From contig NZ_CP010341.1 of assembly GCF_000940845.1 (NCBI RefSeq), positions 2,520,001-2,552,000 of the forward strand: a stretch of 32,000 bases of DNA, given 5' to 3'. Positions 8,551 through 16,329 of the stretch are shown here, piece by piece (position 1 is the stretch's first letter; each line of letters opens with the position of its first letter). Both the position numbers and the translations under genes were made by a program. Under the pieces are notes generated by a model. It was not told the DNA's origin. It did not search any database and saw only the letters and a list, made by a program, of their open reading frames with translations. This DNA is from Propionibacterium freudenreichii subsp. freudenreichii (GTDB lineage Bacteria; Actinomycetota; Actinomycetes; Propionibacteriales; Propionibacteriaceae).

Positions 8551-9804
8551 GTGACCACCCCCGGCATTCGTCAGCGCGTCGTGGGCGGACTGTCGCGGGA
8601 CGTGCTGGTGCTCGGCCTGATCGCCTTCTTCGTGGCGGTCGGCTTCGGCGTGCTGGTGCCCGTGCTGCCCACCTTCGCCGCATCCTTCGGCGCCACCGAC
8701 TTCCTGGTGGGCATGGTGGTCTCGATGTTCGCCGCCACCAGGCTTGCCACCAGCCCCTTCTGCGGCTGGATCCTGGACAAGATCGGCGGACGCCTCACCC
8801 TGGCCGTCGGCATCTTCATCGTCGCGGCATCCAGCTGGCTGATGGGCGAGGCCGGCGACTTCTGGTGGCTGCTCGGCTGGCGGGCCGCCGGCGGCATCGG
8901 CTCGGCCATGTTCACCGTGTCGGCCATGACCCTGCTGTTGGCGTCCGTGCCGCCCGACATGCGTGGACGCGCCACCGGCTTCTACCAGAGCGGCTTCCTC
9001 ATCGGCGGCATGGCCGGCCCCGCACTCGGCGGCCTGCTCACCCGCATCTCGCTGGTCGCGCCGTTCCGCTTCTACGCCATCACCCTGGCCATTGCCGGGC
9101 TGATCGGCCTCACGATGCTGTCGAGCGCCACCACCCACGCCGATCGTCCTGCCCACGCGCGCGCCACCCCGCGTCCGCTGCGCCAGGTGCTCGCCGACAC
9201 CCGCTTCCAGGCCGCGTGTGTGGCCAACTTCGCCCAGGGCTGGAACTCGATGGGGGTGCGCAATTCACTGATTCCCCTTGTCATCGTCGCAACGCTCGGC
9301 CTCACCCCCACCTGGACGGGCATCGTGTTCGCGGTGTCGGCGGTGGTGCAGGTGATCGTGCTGCACCCCATCGGCCACTTCGTCGACACGGTGGGACGCC
9401 GCCCCGCACTGCTGGCCGGTGGCGTCGTGATGGCCGCCTCGATCGCCGCGGTGCCCCTGTCGGGGTCGATCTGGATCGTCATGGCCCTGATGTGCGTCTA
9501 CGCGGTGGGCGCGGCGGCCATGAGCACTGCCCCGGCTGCCTCCGTCGGCGACGCCACCGGCGGTGTGCACGGCGGCACGCCCGTGGCGATCTTCTCGATG
9601 AGCAGCGACGTGGGTGCCATCATCGGTCCGCTGGCCGCCGGCGCGATCTCGGATGTGGCCGGACGACCCCTGGCCTTCGCCGTGGGCGCCGTCTTCCTGG
9701 CCCTCAGCTCGTTGGTCGCGCTGCGGATGCCCGGCGGACGTCCCGACCACTCCGCAGGATCTGTCGCGTCCGCCGATCCCGACGCCCTGCTGTCCGAGGA
9801 CTGA
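8551..9804 (+). CDS. MFS transporter
   Basis: 417-aa polytopic protein of about 12 TM segments with MFS-like loop motifs (WILDKIGGR, GWRAAGGIGSAM). GTG start lies 7-8 nt after a TAGGGT -10-like hexamer, so the transcript may be leaderless. Confidence 0.75.
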   Translation: MTTPGIRQRVVGGLSRDVLVLGLIAFFVAVGFGVLVPVLPTFAASFGATDFLVGMVVSMFAATRLATSPFCGWILDKIGGRLTLAVGIFIVAASSWLMGEAGDFWWLLGWRAAGGIGSAMFTVSAMTLLLASVPPDMRGRATGFYQSGFLIGGMAGPALGGLLTRISLVAPFRFYAITLAIAGLIGLTMLSSATTHADRPAHARATPRPLRQVLADTRFQAACVANFAQGWNSMGVRNSLIPLVIVATLGLTPTWTGIVFAVSAVVQVIVLHPIGHFVDTVGRRPALLAGGVVMAASIAAVPLSGSIWIVMALMCVYAVGAAAMSTAPAASVGDATGGVHGGTPVAIFSMSSDVGAIIGPLAAGAISDVAGRPLAFAVGAVFLALSSLVALRMPGGRPDHSAGSVASADPDALLSED

Positions 9805-9832
9805 CCGGGTCGATCGCCGGCGCCGTGCCCCT

Positions 9833-9886
9833 TGTCGGCCACCATCACATTGCCGGCCAATGTCACAGTGTCGGCCACTATCTGAG
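9833..9886 (+). repeat. three imperfect 18-bp direct repeats (TGYCGGCCA...) just upstream of tag
   Basis: TGTCGGCCACCATCACAT / TGCCGGCCAATGTCACAG / TGTCGGCCACTATCTGAG, starting at 9833, 9851 and 9869. Confidence 0.6.
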
Positions 9887-9895
9887 GATCCAACC

Positions 9896-10522
9896 ATGAC
9901 CGAGACACCCCACAGCCCCTCGTCGCACGCCGATCCCGCGTCCAACCCCGAGCTGGTGCGCGGCGAGGACGGTCGCGTGCGTCCCCGCTGGGCTGCCACG
10001 GATCCGCTGCTGCGCGACTACTACGACCACGAGTGGGGCGTGCCGATCCGCACCGAGCGTGGACTGTACGAGCGGCTGAGCCTGGAGGCCTTCCAATCCG
10101 GATTGAGCTGGGCGACGATCCTGCGCAAGCGTCCGGCCTTCCGTGCCGCATTCGCTGATTTCGAGCCCGACGCGGTGGCCGCGTTCGGCGACGACGATGT
10201 GCGCCGACTGCTTGCCGACGCCGGCATCGTGCGCAATGAACGCAAGATCCACGCCGCCATCACCAATGCGCGCGCCACGGTGTCGCTGCGCTCCGACGGT
10301 GGCCTGGTGCAGCTGGTCTGGGGCTTCCAGCCGGCGCCGGGCCCGCCTCCGCAGTCGTATGCCGAGGTGCCCGCGAAGGTCCCCGCATCGGAGCAGCTCG
10401 CCAAGGCCCTGAAGAAGGCGGGCTTCGTCTTCGTGGGACCCACCACGATGTACGCGCTGATGCAGGCGATCGGGATGGTGGACGATCACCTGGTGGGCGA
10501 ATCGGGACCACTGGCCGGCTGA
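9896..10522 (+). CDS. tag: DNA-3-methyladenine glycosylase I
   Basis: YYDHEWGVP...LYERLSLEAFQSGLSWATILRKR.AFR.AF.DF...VRN..KI.A.I.NA...FVGPTTMYALMQAIGMVDDH is the classic Tag signature. ATG at 9896 is internal to the 9614 ORF. Confidence 0.85.
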   Translation: MTETPHSPSSHADPASNPELVRGEDGRVRPRWAATDPLLRDYYDHEWGVPIRTERGLYERLSLEAFQSGLSWATILRKRPAFRAAFADFEPDAVAAFGDDDVRRLLADAGIVRNERKIHAAITNARATVSLRSDGGLVQLVWGFQPAPGPPPQSYAEVPAKVPASEQLAKALKKAGFVFVGPTTMYALMQAIGMVDDHLVGESGPLAG

Positions 10523-10552
10523 TTCCGGGGCCCGGACGCGCACCAATCCCCA

Positions 10553-10600
10553 CTAAGTGGACAGCTGTGCGGCGTCATTGCCGCACAAGTGACCACCTAG
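10553..10600. repeat. palindromic intergenic element, copy C
   Basis: CTAAGTGGACAGCTGTGCGGC gtcatt GCCGCACAAGTGACCACCTAG. Confidence 0.8.
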
Positions 10601-10673
10601 CGGTCCGTCCCCGGGAACCAGGCCCACCCCGCATCGACGCCACGATCCAGCCGCCCTCTGCACCAATCCCCCA

Positions 10674-10721
10674 CTAAGTGGACAACTGTGCGGCGTCATT
10701 CCCGCACAACTGCCCACTTAG
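10674..10721. repeat. palindromic intergenic element, copy D
   Basis: CTAAGTGGACAACTGTGCGGC gtcatt CCCGCACAACTGCCCACTTAG. It is part of an approximately 120-bp tandem duplication with copy C (shared CACCAATCCCCACTAAGTGG and CCGTCCCCGGGAACCAGGCC flanks). Confidence 0.8.
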
Positions 10722-10891
10722 GGTTCCGTCCAACAGAAACCAGGCCCGTCCCCGGGAACCAGGCCAACCCCGCACCGCAAGACGCCGCGGAGCACCCCCG
10801 CACACCACACAGAAATGTCAGACCCCTCCCCTAGCGTGGATCACTCCAGCCCCTGCTGGAACCCTTCGGGCCCGGACGGCCCGGCGACACC

Positions 10892-12112
10892 ATGGAGACC
10901 GCCATGACCGAACTACCCGTGCCCGTGCCGGGCACCACCAGCGACACCCTCATGTGGGCCGATCCCACCACCGTGGAGCCGGAGGCCCTCGACCAGCTGC
11001 GCGCGATCTCGCGCCTGCCCTGGCTGGCGAAGCTGCGCGTGATGCCCGACGTGCACCTGGGCAAGGGCGCCACCGTCGGCAGCGTGATCGCCATGCGCGA
11101 CGCGGTCTCGCCGGCGGCGGTGGGCGTCGACATCGGCTGCGGCATGGTTGCCGCACGCACCAACCTGACGGTGGACGACCTGCCCGACAGCCTGCATGCG
11201 ATCCGCTCCCGCCTCGAGGAGCTCGTGCCGGTGGGATGGAAGAGCCACACCGGCACTGCCCCGGTGCTGAGCCGCGACGAACAGCTCAAGGGGCGATTCA
11301 CCACCCTGTTCGACCGCTTCGGACAGCTGCGCGCGCCCCACATCGACGACCGCGAGACCCGGGCGCTGTCGCAGTCGGGCACGCTGGGCGGCGGCAACCA
11401 CTTCCTGGAGCTGCAGGCCGACGACACCGGCACCGTATGGCTCATGCTGCACTCGGGATCGCGCAACATCGGCAAGGAACTGGCCGACCGCCACATCACC
11501 GAGGCCAAGGGGCTCGACCACAACCTCGACCTGCCCGACCGCGACCTGGCCGTCTTCCTGGCCGGCACCCCCGAAATGGACGACTACCTCCACGACCTCT
11601 ACTGGGCGCAGGAATATGCGCGCCTGAACCGCGACATCATGATGCGCACCTTCAAGGGCGTCATCACCGAGTTCTTCCCGCACGCCACCTTCGACCACGA
11701 CGTCAACTGCCACCACAACTACGTGTCGCAGGAGTGCTACGACGGCGTCGACCTGATCGTCACGCGCAAGGGCGCCATCTTCGCCGGCAGCGGCACGCTG
11801 GGGCTGATCCCCGGCTCGATGGCCACCGGCTCCTATGTGGTGCGGGGCCTGGGCAACGCCACCGGCCTGTGCTCCGCCTCGCATGGTGCGGGACGACGCA
11901 TGTCGCGCCGTGCGGCCCGTCGCACCTTCACCGTGGACGACCTCGCCGCGCAAACGGCCGGCGTCGAGTCGCGCAAGGACGAGGGCGTGCTCGACGAGAT
12001 CCCCGGCGCCTACAAGGACATCGACGCGGTGATCCACGACCAGACCACCGGGCCGAGCCCGCTCGTGGAGGTGGTGGCGAGGCTGCGCACGCTGCTGTGT
12101 GTCAAGGGCTGA
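10892..12112 (+). CDS. rtcB: RNA-splicing ligase RtcB
   Basis: MPDVHLGKGATVGSV, GVDIGCGM, GGGNHFLELQ, HSGSRNIGK, CHHNY, GSMATGSYVV, SASHGAGR are the RtcB metal/GTP-binding motifs. Confidence 0.9.
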   Translation: METAMTELPVPVPGTTSDTLMWADPTTVEPEALDQLRAISRLPWLAKLRVMPDVHLGKGATVGSVIAMRDAVSPAAVGVDIGCGMVAARTNLTVDDLPDSLHAIRSRLEELVPVGWKSHTGTAPVLSRDEQLKGRFTTLFDRFGQLRAPHIDDRETRALSQSGTLGGGNHFLELQADDTGTVWLMLHSGSRNIGKELADRHITEAKGLDHNLDLPDRDLAVFLAGTPEMDDYLHDLYWAQEYARLNRDIMMRTFKGVITEFFPHATFDHDVNCHHNYVSQECYDGVDLIVTRKGAIFAGSGTLGLIPGSMATGSYVVRGLGNATGLCSASHGAGRRMSRRAARRTFTVDDLAAQTAGVESRKDEGVLDEIPGAYKDIDAVIHDQTTGPSPLVEVVARLRTLLCVKG

Positions 12113-12141
12113 GGCCGGTCACGCGAGGCCGGTCGCACCGG

Positions 12142-13431
12142 TCAGACGCCGCGGCGTCCACCCCTGTGGGGCCAGTGGAACAGCTCACCGGAGTTGTCCA
12201 CAACGCTTGCGGTGGGCGTATCGGTCACGTCCAGCGTCACGCGCACCCAGTGGTCGGCGTCGGCGGGGTCGTGGGCCCGGTAGACGATCCGCGGGTTGGT
12301 GATCGACTCCACCTCGGTGCGCGCATCGGGCAGCCACGCATACCGGCGCCGGATCGCCAGGATCGCCTGATAGGCCCGGTAGGTGGGCAGGCCGAAGCCC
12401 GCCAGCTGGTCGGGACGCTCGGGCATCGGTTGGCGCACCTCGGCGTCGCCACCGGGACGGTCATATTTCTCGCCCCGGAAGGCCTGCTCGTCGCCGTAGT
12501 AGACGCACGGCGTCCCGCCGACGGTGCCCAGCAGCACTGCCGCGAGGATGGCCTTGTCGGCACCCACCTTGGTGGCGATGCGGGTGACGTCGTGGTTGCC
12601 GATGAAGGTGAAGGGACGGAAGTCGTCGAGCATCTCGTTGTGGCGCCCCAGCGTCCACTCGAGCTCGTAGAAGTTCTCGGTGGCAAGCGAGCTCCAGCAC
12701 GCCTTCCACAGCTCGTATTCGGTGACCGCGTCCATGCCCGACTCGTGCACGATCTGCGCGTAGTCGCCGTGGATCACCTCGCCGTAGATGTACAGCTCGG
12801 GGAAGCGCTCGCGCACCGTCGCCAGCACCGGCGCCCAGAATTCTGGGTCCACCGCGTAGGCCGCGTCGAGGCGCCAGCCGTCCACGCCGCGCCCACACCA
12901 GTGCAGCATCACGTCGGTGACCAGCTTGCGCACCTGCGGCGACGCATGGTTGAGCCGCACCAGGTCGTCGCTGCCCTCGAAGTTCAGGCGGGTGGGCGGC
13001 GTGGTGGAGAAGTCGATGTGGAACATGTCGGCCAGGGGCCCATCCGGCCCCTCGGCGAGCGCCTGGCGCAGTGCCGGGTAGCGGGCGCTCACATGGTTGA
13101 AGACGCCGTCGAGCACCAGCTTGATGCCCCGGGCATGGCAGGCGGCGACCAGCGCGTCGAAGTCGGCGTCGTCGCCCAGCCGCGGGTCGATGGCGAAATA
13201 GTCCAGGGTGTCGTAGCCGTGCGACTCCGAGCGGAAGATGGGGCCCAGCACGAGGCCGTTGCACCCCAGGTCGATCAGGTAGTCGAGCCAGTTCTCCAGG
13301 CGCGGCAGGCGATGGGCCACCGGAGCCTGCTCATCCAGGTGGGTGGGGGCGCCGGTGAACCCCAGCGGGTAGACCGTCCACCAGATCACGTCTCGTCGCC
13401 AGTCGCTCACATGCATCCCCTCCGCACGCAT
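12142..13431 (-). CDS. alpha-amylase family (GH13) glycoside hydrolase
   Basis: GYDTLDYFAIDPRLG, KLVLDGVFNHVS, GVDGWRLDAAYAV, IYGEVIHGDY and FIGNHDVTRI correspond to GH13 conserved regions I-IV. An alternative start exists at the MHVSDW Met (13416). Confidence 0.8.
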   Translation of the reverse strand: MRAEGMHVSDWRRDVIWWTVYPLGFTGAPTHLDEQAPVAHRLPRLENWLDYLIDLGCNGLVLGPIFRSESHGYDTLDYFAIDPRLGDDADFDALVAACHARGIKLVLDGVFNHVSARYPALRQALAEGPDGPLADMFHIDFSTTPPTRLNFEGSDDLVRLNHASPQVRKLVTDVMLHWCGRGVDGWRLDAAYAVDPEFWAPVLATVRERFPELYIYGEVIHGDYAQIVHESGMDAVTEYELWKACWSSLATENFYELEWTLGRHNEMLDDFRPFTFIGNHDVTRIATKVGADKAILAAVLLGTVGGTPCVYYGDEQAFRGEKYDRPGGDAEVRQPMPERPDQLAGFGLPTYRAYQAILAIRRRYAWLPDARTEVESITNPRIVYRAHDPADADHWVRVTLDVTDTPTASVVDNSGELFHWPHRGGRRGV

Positions 13432-13519
13432 CGCTGCTTGTCGCAGCCACCCTGCCGTGCCCTATGGGCTCACAGTAGCGGGCGTATCCGCGGGCCCTGC
13501 GCGCGCGACGATCCGCAGA

Positions 13520-14674
13520 TCAGCTGGCCCAGTGCCCCAGGTAGAACAATCGCGCCCACCAAAACATCAGCAGGAGGTCGGCGGCGATGAGCACACCCAC
13601 CACAGCCGTCCTGACGGTGCGTGCGGTGGCGCCGTGCGGACGCCGCCCCAGCCAGCTGCCCACACCGATGAACAGCGGGAACCACAGCAGGTCGGCGCGG
13701 TTCACCGACATGAACCAGGTGGCGATGCTGAATGCGAACACCTGCACCGCCACATAGCCGGCCTGCGCCCATGCCCGACGCACCAGGCAGCCCAGCGCGG
13801 TGAGGCAGCCGATCGCCATCGAGATGATCTCGAAGCGGAAGATCCAGGCACGGGTGGTCTCGGTGGGCCACCGCGCCTCGCTGGTGGCGGCCCAGGTGTT
13901 GTGCAGGCTGTCCCAGGGCGACGTCCATTCGCGCTGCCAGCCAGCCCGTTGCGCGCTCAGCCAGCTGTCCCAATGCCCCGACAGCGTGTACAGGTAGACC
14001 GTGAAGGCCGCCAACACCGCCAGCGGCACCACCAGCCAGGCCAGATTGCGCAGACGCTGCGACCAGGTGGCCACCCGCTTGGCCGGCTCGGCACCCGCCA
14101 CGGTCGGTTCACCACCGAACAGCGCCAGCAGGCCGAGCCCGCCCACCAGGAACAACCCGGAGATGCGGGTGAGGCAGGCCACCGACGCCAGCACGGCCAC
14201 CCAGCCCCAGCGTCCACGACGCGCCAGCACCCATGCCCAGAACGCCACCGCGCAAAACAACGCCTCGGTGTAGCCGACCGTGGTGAACACGGCCATTGGT
14301 GCCAGCAACCAGACGATCGCCGCGTTGAGGCCCCCGAGGCGTTCCATCGCGAAGGCGGCCACCAGGCTCGCGAGCTGCGACACCGCCGCAGCTCCGATGG
14401 CCATCGGCACGCCGACCGCGTCCAGCAGGCGCATCACCATCGGCAGCGCCGGGAAGAATGCCATCTCCTTGGGGTCGGCATATCCGCTGGTGGCGATGAG
14501 CATGTAGTGCTGCACGTCCCAGTTGCCCAGCGCCCGGGCCGGCGTCAACCTCCCCTGGCGCATCGCCAGCAGCAGTGCCGCGCCCATCACCAGCCGGGTG
14601 GCCAGCCATGCGGCGACGATCACCACCGTGCGTGAGCGCAGGGCAGGGCTGGTCCTGGTGGCCGTGGCGCTCAC
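13520..14674 (-). CDS. polytopic membrane mannosyltransferase-like protein (PIG-V / Mannosyl_trans2-like)
   Basis: NWDVQHYMLIATSGYADPKEMAFFPALPMVMRLL resembles the WD..hY..IA..GY...AFFPl.P motif. Multi-TM. GTG start overlaps the stop of the upstream gene (GTGA). Confidence 0.5.
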   Translation of the reverse strand: MSATATRTSPALRSRTVVIVAAWLATRLVMGAALLLAMRQGRLTPARALGNWDVQHYMLIATSGYADPKEMAFFPALPMVMRLLDAVGVPMAIGAAAVSQLASLVAAFAMERLGGLNAAIVWLLAPMAVFTTVGYTEALFCAVAFWAWVLARRGRWGWVAVLASVACLTRISGLFLVGGLGLLALFGGEPTVAGAEPAKRVATWSQRLRNLAWLVVPLAVLAAFTVYLYTLSGHWDSWLSAQRAGWQREWTSPWDSLHNTWAATSEARWPTETTRAWIFRFEIISMAIGCLTALGCLVRRAWAQAGYVAVQVFAFSIATWFMSVNRADLLWFPLFIGVGSWLGRRPHGATARTVRTAVVGVLIAADLLLMFWWARLFYLGHWAS

Positions 14675-16329
14675 TGGCCGGACTCCTCGTCGCGGGTCCC
14701 GGAATCGTGCACATCGGCATCGGAGGTGGTGGCCGGAGCAGGCACGGTGGCAGTCGCGGGCACCTGCTCGGACGCGCCCTGCTCATCTACCGGCCCGGAT
14801 TGGTCAACTGCCTGCTTCTTGCGGTCGGACTCGGCCTCGGCGAGCCACGGGGCGTCCACGGCATGGTCGAGCACGCCACCCACCGGATCGTCCACGAAGG
14901 GACGCCGGACCGGATCGTTCCAGGGGCTGAACATGTCGCCGATCACGCGGCTGGCAACCCACAGCACCACGCCGATGCGCAGCAGCACGGCCAGCCAGTA
15001 CAGCGCGTCGGCACCAGAACCGGCGCCCAGGATGCCCTCGAGGTAGCCCCAGATCGCCAGCCAGTAGAGCACCTCGGCGACGTTCCACACGGCCCAGTCG
15101 AGCACCTTTGGGCGCGCCAGCACGAGCAACGGCAGGAGCCACAGCGCATATTGGGGCGAATAGTGCGGGCCGAACACGGCCACGGCCGCCACCAGCAGGA
15201 AGGCCACCTGACCGAGCCGGGGACGCCGCGGCGCGGTGAACACGAGCCAGACCACGGCCAGCACCGCGATCACCACGAAGACGCTGGCCACCACGCCGAG
15301 CAGCGTGCCCGAGACGCCCAGCAACTGCAGCGCGTACCAGAACGAGCCGACGCCCGAACCGCCACCGAGCACGGTGGACCAGTAGGCGGTCCAGCCATGC
15401 GGGGCCGTGATGACCACCGGCAGGTTGAGCGCCACCCATGCGACGATCCCCGGCACCAGCATCCGCAGGGCCTCGCGCATCCGGGCAGCGCGGATGCACA
15501 GCACGACGACCGCCAGCACCACGAGCACGGGATAGGCGTCCGCGCCCACGGCCAGGCCGAACAGCACGCCCGACACGACGGGCAGCTTGCGTGCCCAGGC
15601 CCACACTGCCAGCGAGGTGAGGGCGACGGGCAGCAGCTGCCAACTGATCAGGCCGCCGGTGAACACCACCGGCGCGATGGCGATCAGCAGCGCGTCGAAG
15701 CTGCGGACGCGCACCCCGCGGGTGGCGTCGCTGAACGAGTCGCGGCCCATCTGCAGGTGGGCGAGCACCAGCGCCAGAAAGGCGCAGAACAGGCCGATGG
15801 CGGCCAGCACGAAGAACATGTAGCTGGAATCCAGCTGGGCCTGGCCCGAGGCGTCCGGGCCGACGCCCGCACCGAGCAGCCTGATGATGAACCGGTCCAG
15901 TGACGCCAAGTAACCCACCAACACCGGCAGCGGGCTGGCGGCGTCGGAGTAGATGCCGGCGCCCGAGCCGATGCCGTTGTTCTGGAAGAACACCGGGATG
16001 TCGGAATAGCACAGCCGCAGGAAGGGGTTCACCGGCTTGCCGAAGGTGTACTGCTGGCAGGGTGCCTGACGCCACAACAGCAGCACCCAGTTGATGGTTG
16101 ACAACAGCAGCGCCCATGGTGCCGGATCGAACCACAGTCCCCCCGGGCGCGCGTGGCGTCCGAGCGGGCCGCCGATGCGGTGGGAGAGGCGCACCGAGAT
16201 CGTCGGCAGGTTGCTGCGGGCCGGCGCGGATTCCTGCGGCGCGGCGTCCCCAGATCCGCCCTTCGGGACAGTCTTCCCAGGTCCGCCCTCCGGGGCGGGT
16301 TCCTCCACGGATCCACTCACCGGGCTCAC
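14671..16329 (-). CDS. DUF2029/GT87-family polytopic membrane glycosyltransferase-like protein (Rv0051-like position next to ponA)
   Basis: About 12 TM segments. The N-terminal motif PC..Y....NPFLRLCYSDIPVFF is typical of the family. Its position downstream of ponA matches the mycobacterial Rv0049-Rv0050-Rv0051 arrangement (from memory). Confidence 0.55.
   Translation of the reverse strand: MSPVSGSVEEPAPEGGPGKTVPKGGSGDAAPQESAPARSNLPTISVRLSHRIGGPLGRHARPGGLWFDPAPWALLLSTINWVLLLWRQAPCQQYTFGKPVNPFLRLCYSDIPVFFQNNGIGSGAGIYSDAASPLPVLVGYLASLDRFIIRLLGAGVGPDASGQAQLDSSYMFFVLAAIGLFCAFLALVLAHLQMGRDSFSDATRGVRVRSFDALLIAIAPVVFTGGLISWQLLPVALTSLAVWAWARKLPVVSGVLFGLAVGADAYPVLVVLAVVVLCIRAARMREALRMLVPGIVAWVALNLPVVITAPHGWTAYWSTVLGGGSGVGSFWYALQLLGVSGTLLGVVASVFVVIAVLAVVWLVFTAPRRPRLGQVAFLLVAAVAVFGPHYSPQYALWLLPLLVLARPKVLDWAVWNVAEVLYWLAIWGYLEGILGAGSGADALYWLAVLLRIGVVLWVASRVIGDMFSPWNDPVRRPFVDDPVGGVLDHAVDAPWLAEAESDRKKQAVDQSGPVDEQGASEQVPATATVPAPATTSDADVHDSGTRDEESGQ

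Noticed and set aside
8865-10151. Long overlapping ORFs over the MFS gene and the tag leader (8865..9899 +, 9265..9999 -, 9498..10151 -)
   Set aside because: They have Arg/Pro/Gly-rich shadow composition, whereas the MFS frame shows regular TM helices and the Tag frame has its signature motifs.
1165-10721. Possibility that the repeated palindromes are a CRISPR array
   Set aside because: There are only two copies per locus, their flanks are also duplicated, the spacing is irregular, and no cas genes are present. The evidence is consistent with REP/MITE-like elements, not CRISPR.
10541-12112. Idea that the GTGCGGC-GUCAUU-GCCGCAC stem-loops upstream of rtcB are RNA substrates or regulators of the RtcB ligase
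   Set aside because: This is purely positional. The same element also occurs next to unrelated genes (hemQ locus), and nothing in the sequence ties it to RtcB function.
10678-13590. 970-aa ORF on the + strand spanning rtcB and the GH13 gene
   Set aside because: Its composition is extreme Arg/Pro/Gly/His with no recognisable motifs. It lies out of frame over rtcB and antisense to a well-supported GH13 gene, so it is a typical high-GC shadow ORF.
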